A DNA stretch of 64,000 nt from Octopus sinensis (taxonomy: Eukaryota). Shown here one piece after another: positions 1 to 11,840 of the stretch (position 1 is its first letter; each line of letters starts with the position of its first letter). Below the pieces are notes generated by a model. The model had not been told where the DNA came from. It searched no databases and saw only the letters and a list, made by a program, of their open reading frames with translations. The position numbers and the translations under genes were made by a program. The DNA lies in assembly GCF_006345805.1 (NCBI RefSeq), contig NC_043008.1, positions 49,848,001-49,912,000 on the forward strand. The letters run 5' to 3'.

Positions 1-110
1 AAAAGTGTTTCTTGGGACCGAGTTTTGATGGGTTTCCATTGAAAGGAGTTGAACCAATGAGACTTGTTATTCACTTGAAACTAATAATAATACCATAAAA
101 TGCTAGGCGC

Positions 111-552
111 TGGTGTGACTGTGTGTTAAGAAGTTTGCTTCCTATTCACATGTTTCCAGGTTCAGTCCCAGCTGAGTGACACCTTGGGTAAGTGTCTTCT
201 ACTGTAGCCCTGGGCTGACCAAATCCTTGTGAATAGATTTGGTAGATGGAAACTGAAAGAAGCCTGTCATGAGTGTGTGCGTGTGTGTGCTTGTGTTTCC
301 TTGTCTGGAAATGCTGTCCAAACCAGGAGACAATGATTGTTGTAAATGATTGTCATGGTCTTACAAGCTGTCATCTATTTCCAATATTCTGCGAGAAGAT
401 GTCTGGCCATGGAGAAATATCACCTTGATTGGAAACAGGTGAGGATTGACAACAGGAAGGTCATCCAACTGTAGGAAACCTGCTTCAATAAATTCCATCC
501 AACCCATGAAAGCATGGAAAAGCGCTTGATAAACTGTGGCTGATGATGATGA
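111..552 (+). mobile_element. Composite SINE: family-A head with an RTE-type tail ending (TGA)n
   Basis: Family-A head 111-270, different body, tail ggaaggtcatccaactgtagg..ccatgaaagcatggaaaag..tgatgatgatga. Confidence 0.6.
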
Positions 553-1426
553 CTAAATAATTGTATAAGTAGTTGTGTTCTAGTTTTTCGCTGCAGTTTG
601 TAAGCCATGGTAAATCATTCCTGCCATGTCTTTGGGTGAAGATGGATCCTTATTCTAGTGTGGATGTCTTTTAATTCCATCCACTCTGTAATCCTTATTT
701 TACCTTCTTTTGTCTTTGAAATCAGTCTTCAAGTTCTAACACCCACCCTACTTTCTTTGTAATTCTTTTATTGTATATTTCTTTTGTCTTTTCAATTGAT
801 TTATCGTTCTTTGCACCAAACATTTAAGAACCATAATCTACAGACAAAAAAAAGTTTTTAAACTTTATCTTTTTAAAGAAATATAAAAAGTACTTTATTT
901 ATTTTTTTTATCTTGTATATCATTTCTGAGTATTTGTGTCTCCTTATCTTGACATCATGTGATAGTTGTATATTAGTGTCACAGCGATGCAAGCAGTGTC
1001 TTTGTTTCCAGTATTTTCCAGAAAAGATGGGGAAATGTTATCTTGCTTGGAAACCAGTGAGGGTTGTTGACAGCAAGGGCATCCTGTTGTTAAAAAAAAT
1101 CTGATTCAAATAAACTTCTGATTTATACAAGCATTCGAAAAGTGAACTTTAAATGATTATTATCATCATCATCATCAGGTTGAGCTTGTTGCATGGATTG
1201 CCATGACTCATTCTCTCCTATCCATTCAGTCTGCTGTTGCACTCAGATGTTCTTTGCGAGTGCACTTAGAGTCCTTGCACAGTTGCTTTATGTAGGTCTG
1301 ATGTGGTCTGCTAACATTTGCATAGCTGTGCTTCAGTTCCCAAAGAAGAATACTTCTGATCTCACCCTTTGCTCTCCAGCAATATCCAGCAAATATAGTT
1401 CTTTCTCTGAAAAGTGGTAAATTATC

Positions 1427-1798
1427 TTACTCTTTTACTTGTTTCAGTCATTTGACTGTGGACATGCTGGAGCACCACCTTTAGTTGAATAAATTGACCC
1501 CAGGACTTATTCTTTGTAAGCCTAGTACTTATTCTATTGGTCTCTTTTGCCGAACTGCTAAGTTATGGGGACATAAACACACCAGCATCAGTTGTTAAGT
1601 GATGTTGGGGGGACAAACATACACACACATATATACGACAGGCTTTTTTCAATTTCCATCTACTAAATCCACTCACAAGGCTTTGGTCGGCCCGAGGCTA
1701 TAGTAGAAGACACTTGCCCAAGGTGCCATGCAGTGGGACTGAACCCGGAACCATGTGGTTTGTAAGAAAGCTACTTACCACACGGCCATTCCTGCGCC
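1427..1798 (-). mobile_element. SINE family A, full length
   Basis: Reverse complement of family A. Confidence 0.8.
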
Positions 1799-2013
1799 TA
1801 CAGAAGTTCTTTCGTAGAGTGTTATTTCCAGATGTCCAGAGCAGCTCAAAGCATTTGTGTACAAGTTCTGTCAATTTTCTTTTCAAACCGCTTTGTTAGA
1901 GTTCATGTTGTTGTACATCCTTATAACAGAACTGACTGCACAACTGTCTGAAAGAAATTTCATTTTAAATTTAATGAAAGCTTAGATTTCCACATTGTTG
2001 ATGATTCATTTAA

Positions 2014-2233
2014 CCCTTTCGTTACCAACCTGGCCAAAACTGGCTCTGGCTCTGTAGTACAAGTGTCTTGTTTTCTTAAGTTTAAAATTAAAATATTCCT
2101 CCAAACTTAGTCACAATTTATGTTCCTAACACTAGCTTAATGATAACTAAGTTATTTTACTAAATTCTTTGTTATATTTAAAATAATTGAAAGAAACACA
2201 GAACATCTCAAAATAAATACAGTAACAAAAGGG
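2014..2233. mobile_element. piggyBac-like MITE
   Basis: TTAA|CCCTTTCGTTAC ... GTAACAAAAGGG|ATAA: 12-bp TIR beginning CCC, with TTAA (right side mutated) target site. Confidence 0.65.
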
Positions 2234-2573
2234 ATAAAGCTGTCCAGGTTTTGCCAGGTTGGACATGAACATCACTTGCAGACAGATCCTACATTGCAAT
2301 TTTATATCCAAGGTTTGTGAATTAGTCAACATTTTGCAAGGAATTTTTCCAGCTGTGAAGTTAATTCTGCTGCTCTGGTTGTGCATCATATATTCTGTTT
2401 TGTCTGAACTGTCGTAGAGACCAACATCTTCAGCAGCACTTTCAAGGTTGTGCAAGAGAGACTGAATCCCTAACTTCATCTGCTCGTAGCATCAACTCAT
2501 CAGCATAGCGAGCTTCTGTGATGGTCACAGTTGGAAAACATCTGCTTTTGGCTGGTTAAAGAGTAAATCTTTC

Positions 2574-4006
2574 GTCCTTCATCTCATTTACAGAGGTGCA
2601 TAGGTTGGGTGCCGAGGTGTCACCCTGGATGACACCAGCCACTATGACAAAGAACTCTGTGCCACCATCTGGAGAATGAACTTAATGATAGGTAGCTGAA
2701 AGTCCCTTAACTAGAATCAGATTCTGATTTTTAAAACTATCAAATTGTCAGAGACTTGTCATCATTTAATGTCCATTGTCCATGCTGGCATGGGTTGGAC
2801 AACTCAGTAACTTGAAACATAAGAGAGGACAGAACCCTGACATTGACCAATAGTTAACTGTTTATATATGTTCTGTTGTCCTGAAATCAAAAGAGGTGAC
2901 TCTGATGAATGTACTTGTTAGAAATAGTAGGGAAGTGTCCTTCAAATCATACCCTAGCATCTAAAATGCAGAATTCATTGGACATTCTGATGTCTGACGT
3001 ACAAAAAATGGGATGGTCATGATTGGAATGCCTTTGATCTTAGATCTGTTATATCAATATGACCTGAGGTTAAGTAACACCAATACTACTGCTACCATTA
3101 CCAGAAACCCCTGGTCCTTAAATGCTTTTAGTTGGTGTTGTAGGAGCAAGATAACATTTGGGTTCAGACCACAGTCTGATATGTGGAGAGTTGGTGTGAC
3201 ACACCACCCTGTTTCAGATGGAGCTAAACAACAACACCTGGGTCTTGGGAGCCTTTAGTTTGAGCTGCAAAAGAATTAACCAGTCCACCTCCTAAAAAAA
3301 ATAGTATACTTCATTGTAAAGTGGTTGGTGTTAATGAGGACATCAAGGTGTGGAAACTATGCTGAGGCAGACATTAAAGGATGATGCAATCTTTGAACCT
3401 GTGTGAATCCCTTGAAACAAACCCAAACCATGTCAGCCAGAAACACAGACCTTAAATGACGTTGATGATGAACTCAGTGCTTCAGTGACGGCCTAAATAC
3501 TCTACTTGGTTTGACACGTGAAACTAGACAACGATACCAACATTGTCTACCATATTTCCGAACTCTGAGTTCCCTCTCTCTCTTTCGGAGAGGCACTGAG
3601 CAGCTATACGTACACATACACACACGGCAGTAACTTCCACTTACCGAATTCAATCACAAAGCTCCGGTCGGCTCGGGGCTATAGTGGAAGACACCTACCC
3701 AGAGTGCCACGCAGTGGGACTGAACCCAAAACCATGTAGCTAGGAAGCAAGCTCCCTAACCACACAGCCATGCCCGTTCCACATAAATAACAGTGTCCAG
3801 CTGTGAAGCTTGACGGGTTTTGAAATTCTACTCATTGGAAATGCATCAAATTTCTTTTGCTGGATTTGAAGTCATTTTCAGTTTTTCTTCTTGTTTAATC
3901 ATTCTTCAGATAGTGTGGCACAGAGTTCTTTGTCATAGTGGCTGGTATCATCCAGGGTGACACTTTGGCACCCTACCTATGCACCTCTGTAAATGAGATG
4001 AAGGAC
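2574..4006. repeat. Pair of about 100-bp inverted repeats (2574-2670 and 3907-4006)
   Basis: gtccttcatctcatttacagaggtgcatagg...aaagaactctgtgccac and its reverse complement, roughly 90% identical by eye. Confidence 0.8.
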
Positions 4007-4054
4007 AATCTTCTATTATGAATTCTAACTGCTCAAACCCGTGTATCAATGATA

Positions 4055-4264
4055 CAAAGGGGTGCTGAAAAGTGCCTGACTTTAAGGCTATTGTGAAAGA
4101 CCTGGCTGGAAGCCCAAAATTCTAAGTTCTTTCACAGTTTAGAAAATCTGAATGACCGCTGCAGTAAGCGTGTAGAACAGTGGAATGTATTGAATAAAAT
4201 CATAATTAACTGATCCTCCTGTATTTTCCTTTATCCAAAGCCGTTATCTTCTTAGCACCCCTTA
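4055..4264 (+). mobile_element. Old mariner MITE
   Basis: Degenerate TIRs (aggggtgctgaaaag / ttcttagcacccctta), TA flanks, internal relic of a mariner C-terminus. Confidence 0.55.
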
Positions 4265-4834
4265 TATAATTATTTGAAGGTCAAACATCTTTTGTTAGCC
4301 GTCCATCTTACAAGGGAGGTAACTTACATCTTATTGGATTAATTTCCCTTGGTTGGCTCACTATCGTTATGTCGTGGGTTCAATTCGTGGACCAAGTAGT
4401 GCATCATGTCCTTGAGAAAGGCACTTCATTTCACATTGTTCCAGTCCATTCAGCTGAGTGCTGTTGTAGCTACCCTCCTTTGTTTTGCCACATTCTGGAT
4501 GTGTCACTGGGTTAAGTAAAAGGTGGCTGAGTTCAGAGTGTGCCTGTGTCTTCTCGTGACTACACAGGCACCTAAAGCAATTAATGAAAGCATGGTACAC
4601 ATTACTGAGCCATATTCGTTCATGGCCGGTGGCCGTCTATTTACTAACTATAGTTACCTGTCATCAGGTAATGTTGCATATGTAATTAATTGATAATTAA
4701 ACAGTGTAAGGAACAGGTGTGGCTATTTGGTAAGAAGATTGCTATCCAACCAGATAATTCTGGGTTCAGTTCCACTATGTGGAACCTTGGGCAAGTGTTT
4801 TCTACAATAGCCTTGGACTGACCAAAGCCTTGTG

Positions 4835-5230
4835 GATGGGAGTTCGGTGACCAGATGTTAGGGGAGACGTGGTTGCAGAAATTGACAGCCAGCAACAACC
4901 CTCTTCACCCAGTGAGCACTACTTCCTCCACATACTTGATGCAGGCCTCCGTGTTGAGTGTGAGGCCATGTGGGAACATGAATGGAGGCATAACGTCGGC
5001 ATCACTAGTGATCACTCTGAACACCATGATGTTGACTGGATGTTTGAGTTTTATCACTCTCGGTACATGCCCTCAGGTTGCAGTCCTCAGATTAACATTC
5101 AAACACTCTAAAATGTTCGTATTGGAGCTTCTGGTTCGAATGCCAAGCACTACAGCATGTCATTTCCAAATTTCTGGCAGAGTGAATTGCGCCATGGTGT
5201 TGTTTTTCTCACTGCTGGTGCCCAACTGAC
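4835..5230 (-). mobile_element. maT/DD37D-type Tc1/mariner transposase relic
   Basis: KLKHPVNIMVFRVITSDADVMPPFMFPHGLTLNTEACIK...NFCNHVSPNIWSPNS, similar to the WPPNSPD region of maT transposases. Confidence 0.75.
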
Positions 5231-5333
5231 CCTACTATACTGTGTCGTCAACAAAATCAAAAACGAACAATGTGCATGCACTAAATTAAGAATATAAAAT
5301 GGCAACAATTTACTCATTGCATCCCGTGTGTGA

Positions 5334-5395
<62 letters not shown>

Positions 5396-5399
5396 ACGG

Positions 5400-5725
5400 A
5401 AGCTTTATGAAAATAAACAAAAGACGAAGGCAGGTGGAATACAAACAAACAATTGTATTAGTATGGCGCTCAGGAATATAAATAAAACAAGTCTTTTACG
5501 TTTCGAGCCTACGCTCTTCAACAGAAAGATACACAGAAAAGAAACAAGGAGAGAAAAAAATGCGTGCAGAAGCTAGCAAATCAACATGGCGATCATATAT
5601 ATATATATATATATAATGAGAATTTACAAACAAACAAAAGACAAAGATGGGTGCTTAAACAACAAACATATGTATTAGTTTAATGCTCGGGAAGTGAGAA
5701 AGTCTTTTACGCTTCGAGCCTACGG
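5400..5725 (-). mobile_element. Tandem Penelope-like terminal repeats (two partial copies separated by (TA)n)
   Basis: 5400-5530 and 5615-5725 share aaaagac.aag..ggtg...aaacaa..tgtattagt.t..cgctc.ggaa...aagtcttttacg.ttcgagcctacg. A related copy lies at 26740-26870. Confidence 0.5.
5493..5528 (-). ncRNA. Hammerhead-like motif with non-A6 core in a PLE-type terminal repeat
   Basis: Minus strand: CTTT-CTGTTGA-A-GAGC(gtag)GCTC-GAAA-CG-TA-AAAG. All stems are intact; core position 6 is T. Confidence 0.5.
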
Positions 5726-5955
5726 ATGAATATATCTTTGTCCTTTAATAGGAATTTTTCCATAGAGTTCTAATGCCTTTTCATCATACGTTATTTACGA
5801 ATTTTTAGATCGTATAGGTATGAATGTATGTAAACAAATAATCAATAAAAGACTTAATTTATAATCATTTTAATATATGGCCTTTCATTTTAACATCTAA
5901 TCTGCTTCATTTCATCTATTTGATGAAATTTATTGAACTTTCTTTAATGAATTAA

Positions 5956-5995
<40 letters not shown>

Positions 5996-5998
<3 letters not shown>

Positions 5999-6531
5999 TA
6001 AGCAGAAAATGGAGAAATCTTGATCAACAACAATTGACTACCATTGATTATTATTTTTTAATACAAAACTTTATCCCATCTAACAGCTGTTTCTGTTTCC
6101 AATGTCCTGCAGTGTTGCCAAAGAAAATTCATTCGTCATATTTTGTAACACATACGACCTTGAACAAGGAGCTGCATCAGAGTGAAGAAAAATAGTAAAT
6201 GGCTGAACTATATTTCTAGTTCAACCATTTACTCAACGGCCTGAAGCATTACACTGCAAAATGGTATGATACAAATATATTAAACCTCCATTCTCCTCTC
6301 GAGGCTTTTCTTTTCTTTTATGTATTTTTCTTCACTTTGATAAAGCTCCATATTCCAGTTCGGTTGTGTTAAAAAATATGACAAATATCATTCTCGGAAT
6401 TTTCTTTGGCAAAACTACAGGACATTGGAAGCAGAAACGGCTGTTAGATGGATAAGGTTATTGTATTAAAAAATAATAATCGATGGTAGTCAGTAGTTGT
6501 TGATCAAGATTTCTCCATTTTCTGCTTAATT
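5996..6531. repeat. Older fold-back inverted repeat, about 200-bp arms, about 120-bp spacer
   Basis: aattaagcagaaaatggagaaatcttgatcaacaac... / ...gttgttgatcaagatttctccattttctgcttaatt, next to (TA)n. Confidence 0.85.
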
Positions 6532-6864
6532 CAAATTTAATTCCTGATAAATTCTTGTTTATCTTTGTTATTGCCCGTATCCTATGAGCATAATATGCTT
6601 GCATATGTATGCCCAGGGTTAACACGGGTAATTTCTACCGCTAGTAATACGGATATTCTTATCCCTTAGACGGTTATTCCAACCGTTAACTCTTCTACTC
6701 TACTAACCTTATATATATATACATATACACTCTTAGAATGTTCCTACATAACTTCATTGACAAGTTCTTTTTTGTTTCTATTTATTTTTTTACTGCTCCG
6801 GTCAAATATATTTACTCAAAATAAAGCTGCATAAAGAAAACGCATTGTTATAAAAAATTGTTTC

Positions 6865-6870
6865 TTTATT
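6865..6870 (-). terminator. Candidate polyadenylation signal (AATAAA) of the KLHL10-like gene
   Basis: AATAAA on the minus strand about 160 nt after the stop codon. The region is AT-rich, so a chance match is possible. Confidence 0.35.
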
Positions 6871-7031
6871 TTTTCTCCTTATCATTATTATTGTTATTAT
6901 CATCATTATTATAATTATTATCATAGTCATCATCATCATCATCGTTATCATTATCGTCATTATTGTCATTTTGTCTGTCTTGTTCCTTGTATCAGTAGAA
7001 TTTTGTATGTCGCGCCCAAATTTTTGTTTTC

Positions 7032-7209
7032 TTAATATGTAAGAGAGAAACGGTTGCTTTCTGGATGGAAGAAATTTGATTTTGAATTGCCGCCTGCACC
7101 ACCTTCTTTCCTGTTCCTCTCACTAATATACGGTTTGACATTGGGGAGACCCTCGATGACACATGCGCTAAGGGCACTCCGATTGATGTTCAGACTGGCA
7201 GTTTTGTAC
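7032..7209 (-). CDS. KLHL10: KLHL10-like exon 6 (last coding exon)
   Basis: Acceptor ttttcacaag|G, 178 bp to TAA at 7034-7032. Translates YKTASLNINRSALSACVIEGLPNVKPY...; RSALSACV matches the family C-terminus. Six exons total 1845 nt = 614 aa plus stop. Confidence 0.9.
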
Positions 7210-7956
7210 CTTGTGAAAAAAAAGAAATGAAAAAAATAAAAAGATGGACGTAGGTAACATGAAATGATTGCAGTCGTATTTTGTTGCATCTTGGAAGGGT
7301 CATTATGCCAATAAAAACACAAACGCTGGTTCTGTTTCATTGTTATTATTATTAGTAGTAGTTATTAATTGTATTCTGCCTAGGTTGACTTTGCTTCCCC
7401 CCCCCCAGGGTTGATAAAATAAGTACCAGTTGAACACTGGGGGTCACTATATTCAATTTACCCCCTTCTCTGAAATTGCTGGCATTGTGCCGAAATTTGA
7501 AACTGTTATTATTATTATTATTAAGGTGGCAAGCTGGCAGAATCGTTAGCTCGTTGGTTGAAATGCTTAGCGGTATTTTGTCTGTCACTACATTCTGTGT
7601 TCAAATTCCGCCGAGGTTGACTTTGCCTTTCATTCTTTCGGGGTCGATAAATTAAGTACCAGTTGAGTACTGGGATCGGTGTGATCGACTGTCCCCCTCC
7701 CAACAAAATTCAAGCCTTGTGTCTTTAGTAGAAATGATTATTATTAAGGCGGCGAGCTGGCAGAAGTAAGTTAGTGGTTCGGCAAAAGAAACCGATAGAA
7801 TAAGTACTAGGCTTACGAAGAATAAGTCCTGGGGTCGATTTGCTCGACTAAAGGCGGTGCTCCAGCATGGCCGCAGTCAAATGACTAAAACAAGTAAAAG
7901 AGTAAAGAGTATGTATAAAATGAAAGAATGGTCTCTTTGGTTTGTATGGAACTTAC

Positions 7957-8048
7957 CATTGCTCTGAGACAGTGTCAAAACATTCTACACGGGAAATGGT
8001 GTTGAAACCATCAAATCCACCTATGGCAAATATCATGCCTTCCAAAAC
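7957..8048 (-). CDS. KLHL10: KLHL10-like exon 5 (Kelch 6)
   Basis: Acceptor tttctgcag|GTT, donor TG|gtaagt, 92 bp, phase 0->2. Translates VLEGMIFAIGGFDGFNTISRVECFDTVSEQW. Confidence 0.92.
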
Positions 8049-9026
8049 CTGCAGAAATTATATAGATTCATGGATATAATACTTTCGTTTGAAATATTGA
8101 TCAATGAAAGCGCTTACACACAATATGAAGATTTTGTTACAAAAAGTTTGTCATTCTGTTTTTCTAAGACATTTTTTAAAGAGTTAATGACTTTTAAGAA
8201 ATTATTAAAAAAAAATATTGTGACTGTATAGATGCTGTATGTATGTATATGTATGTACACACACATATGCACGCACACATACATATATTTATATATACAA
8301 CTAATGTAGGATAAAAGTTTTTCGAAAAAAAAGATTTTATCAATGGCCAGCATATCAAAAAATACCTTTAAAGGTTAAATTTATAAATAACTTATAAAAT
8401 AAAGTTATTTGCGCGCGCGCGCGCGCGCGTGTGTGTGTGTATACACACACACACACACACAAACTTCTCTCCTTTCAATTTTTCCCCGAGGAAGAAATCT
8501 GTTCGAAACGTCAGATTTCCTTTTCCCCAAGGTAAGATCATTGTACTGTATAAGTTTTGTCAATGCAGACCAACAGCAGCCATTTTGGAGTCAGTTTGTT
8601 CAGAAATATCATTATACGATTGTATAAACATTATATCATTCTATAAACAAAATAGTATGACGGGCAAATTAAAGAGCATTTATTCGTGAGACAGAGCAAA
8701 TATTTATTTTAACATGATATTTAAAAGTCACTGCTATTCTACTGCCTTTTGAGTATAATAGAAAGCGCGTTATAGATATAGCTTGGCTAAACCTCGTTTT
8801 TCGTTGAATGCGAAATCTAATTCAATTACATAAGTTTGAGTATTCATTAAGCATTTTGGAATTGAGTACTGATTCAGAAGATTGTCTAACTGTAATAATG
8901 TTAAGGTAAAAGTATTTATACCTCTAAATCTCAATAAACAAGGATAGATAATGCAGCGTCTAAATGTTGAACTATAGTGTCATTGCTCATATGATAGCTT
9001 CTGCAAAATTAAATCAGTCATTTACA

Positions 9027-9202
9027 GGCGTAGGAGTGGCTGTGTGGTAAGTAGCTTGCTTACCAACCACATCCGTTCCGGGTTCGGTCCCACTGCGTGG
9101 TACCTAGGGCAAGTGTCTTCAACTATATCCTCGGGCCGACCAAAGCCTTGTGAGTGGATTTGGTAGACGGGAACTGAAAGAAACCCGTCGTATGTATGTA
9201 TG

Positions 9203-9254
<52 letters not shown>

Positions 9255-9510
9255 ATATATTATATATATATATATATATACGTATGTGTGTGTGCGTATA
9301 TGTTTGTGTGTTTGTGTTTATCCCCAACATCGCTTGACAACCGATGCTGGTGTGTTTACATCCCCGTAACTTAGCGGTTCGGCAAAAGAGACCGATAGAA
9401 TAAGTACTAGGCTTACAAAGAATAAGTCCTGGGATCGATTTGCTCGACTAAAGGCGGTGCTCCAGCATCGCCGCAGTCAAATAACTGAAACATGTAAAAG
9501 AGTAAAAGAG
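9027..9510 (+). mobile_element. tRNA-derived SINE family A, full length, internal (TA)n/(TG)n
   Basis: ggagtggctgtgtggtaag (A-box-like), gggttcggtccc (B-box-like), body gtttacatccccgtaacttagcggttcggcaaaag, tail aaaagagtaaaagag. Many copies in the window. Confidence 0.85.
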
Positions 9511-10069
9511 CTAGTTTCCACTGAAGTATTTATGGTCAAACACTTCTCTGGCTTTACGGAGAGTAACTACTCATTGAATGTCTCTTACGTTTTTTTTTGT
9601 ATTTTTTATTATTCTGGATTGAAAATTAAAGAATTACTACAACATTATCAAATTATGCATGAAAATTGAAAGGCAGCAGTATAGATAATTTTAACATTAA
9701 GTAACAAATTATGGATTACTTTAAGCCAAATATGATCGGTTTCAGACATTGCTACTTTTGCATGTCAGAAAAATATCATATTCAAATTAATTAAAATCAT
9801 CCTACGAACTATTTGAATATAAGATCTGAGATTTTCTGCAAGTGTCACAAAAAAAACAAAAACAAAGGAAATGACTTGATTCAATTATAGTAAATCGCAG
9901 CATCAACAGAAGGTTTTACAGCACATTGGATGCTCACAGTAATATGCTCTTCCAAGATACAACAGCTCTTTTCTATCGATGAATCCACTTATTATTGTAC
10001 TAATCGATATTTACCATTTTGATTGATATTTATGAAAACATTCTTTTTCACTCATTATTATATATTATA

Positions 10070-10463
10070 CTAGCTTAAAAGCCACACTCGGTGCAGAATT
10101 TTAAGCTAGCTCCTGTGAAGGGCTCATTGGACCTAAACCAGCCTAAACCACAGAGAGCAATAATAATAAAGTATTTATTGGTACACTACTAATATGGTAT
10201 TACTTTTAATTCAGCTTAAATGAAAACTTGTAAGTTCACAAATTTTTGGAGTCCTTTTAAAATTTGAATTTTCAACTGTCAACATATAACAATCCTCATC
10301 CAGACCTGATCCCAACGCTGGGCGTTCAAGAACCAAATGAAGGGCAGAATTGCAACCCCGGGATCATACTGATTCCAAAAAGTTATATATCTCTATGTAG
10401 AGCAAATGTAGACTATGATACAGGAGTCCCGGACGGAAAGAATTTCTTTTTTATTATTATAGA
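10070..10463 (-). mobile_element. Probable non-autonomous Helitron
   Basis: Minus strand begins A|TCTATAATAATAA and ends GCTAG|T. The subterminal hairpin is weak. Confidence 0.5.
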
Positions 10464-10944
10464 TGAAGAGAACATACAAAGATTGCTTTCCCTGGCATAA
10501 AACTTAAAATTATAGAATAGTAATTAGTTTAATCAATGTATAATATGCACATGGACATACAATTACACATAAGTTTACACAGAGATAGAAATACTCAAAT
10601 ACTTACATATGTCTAAAGAAACCGTGAACAGTATGTTGACTACAGAAATATTTAGTCAAGCTGTGAGTGTACCCCGTGGGTATAACTGGTTATACATGAG
10701 TTTGACTCTGCATGGAAGTATTAACGAACTTTATTTCATTGTGTATGTGTATGTCTGTGTGCGTGGGTGTGTGTATGTGTGGGTGGGTAGGTGCGTGCGT
10801 GAGAGTTAACTTTCATTGATTATTTTAAAGAAATTTTAGGAATAGCAAAGCATTTACTGATGGGGATGACTCAATGGTAGAATGAAATAACAGAGTCATA
10901 TTTATTATAGAAAAAGTTTTGATTAGGAATTCGCTTAACTATTT

Positions 10945-11840
10945 ACCATACACACATACACACATACATACATACATACATACACACACACATCCATCTA
11001 TCCATCAATCCATCCATCCATACATACATACATACATACATACATACATACAAACATACATACATACACACACACACATCCATCTATCCATCCATACATA
11101 CATACATACATACATACATACATACACACACATCCATCCATCCATCCATCCATCCATACATACATACATACATACGTACGTACGTACATACATACAAACA
11201 TACACACATACATACATACATACATACAAACATACATACATACATACATACATACATACATACATACAAACATACATACATACAAACATACATACATACG
11301 TACGTACATACATACATACATACATACAAACATACATACATACATACATACATACATACAAACATACATACATACAAACATACATACATACGTACGTACA
11401 TACATACATACAAACATACATACATACATACATACATACATACATACATACATACATACATACATACATACAAACATACATACATACGTACGTACATACA
11501 TACATACAAACATACATACATACATACATACATACATACAAACATACATACATACAAACATACATACATACGTACGTACATACATACATACATACATACA
11601 TACATACATACATACAAACATACATACATACAAACATACATACATACGTACGTACATACATACATACAAACATACATACATACATACATACATAAATACA
11701 TACATACAAACATACATACATACAAACATACATACATACACATACATACATACGTACGTACATACATACATACAAACATACACACACACATACATACATA
11801 CATACAAACATACATACATACATACATAAATACATACCTA
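10945..11840 (+). repeat. About 900-bp (CATA)n compound microsatellite
   Basis: CATA units with periodic CAAA and CGTA variants. Confidence 0.95.
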
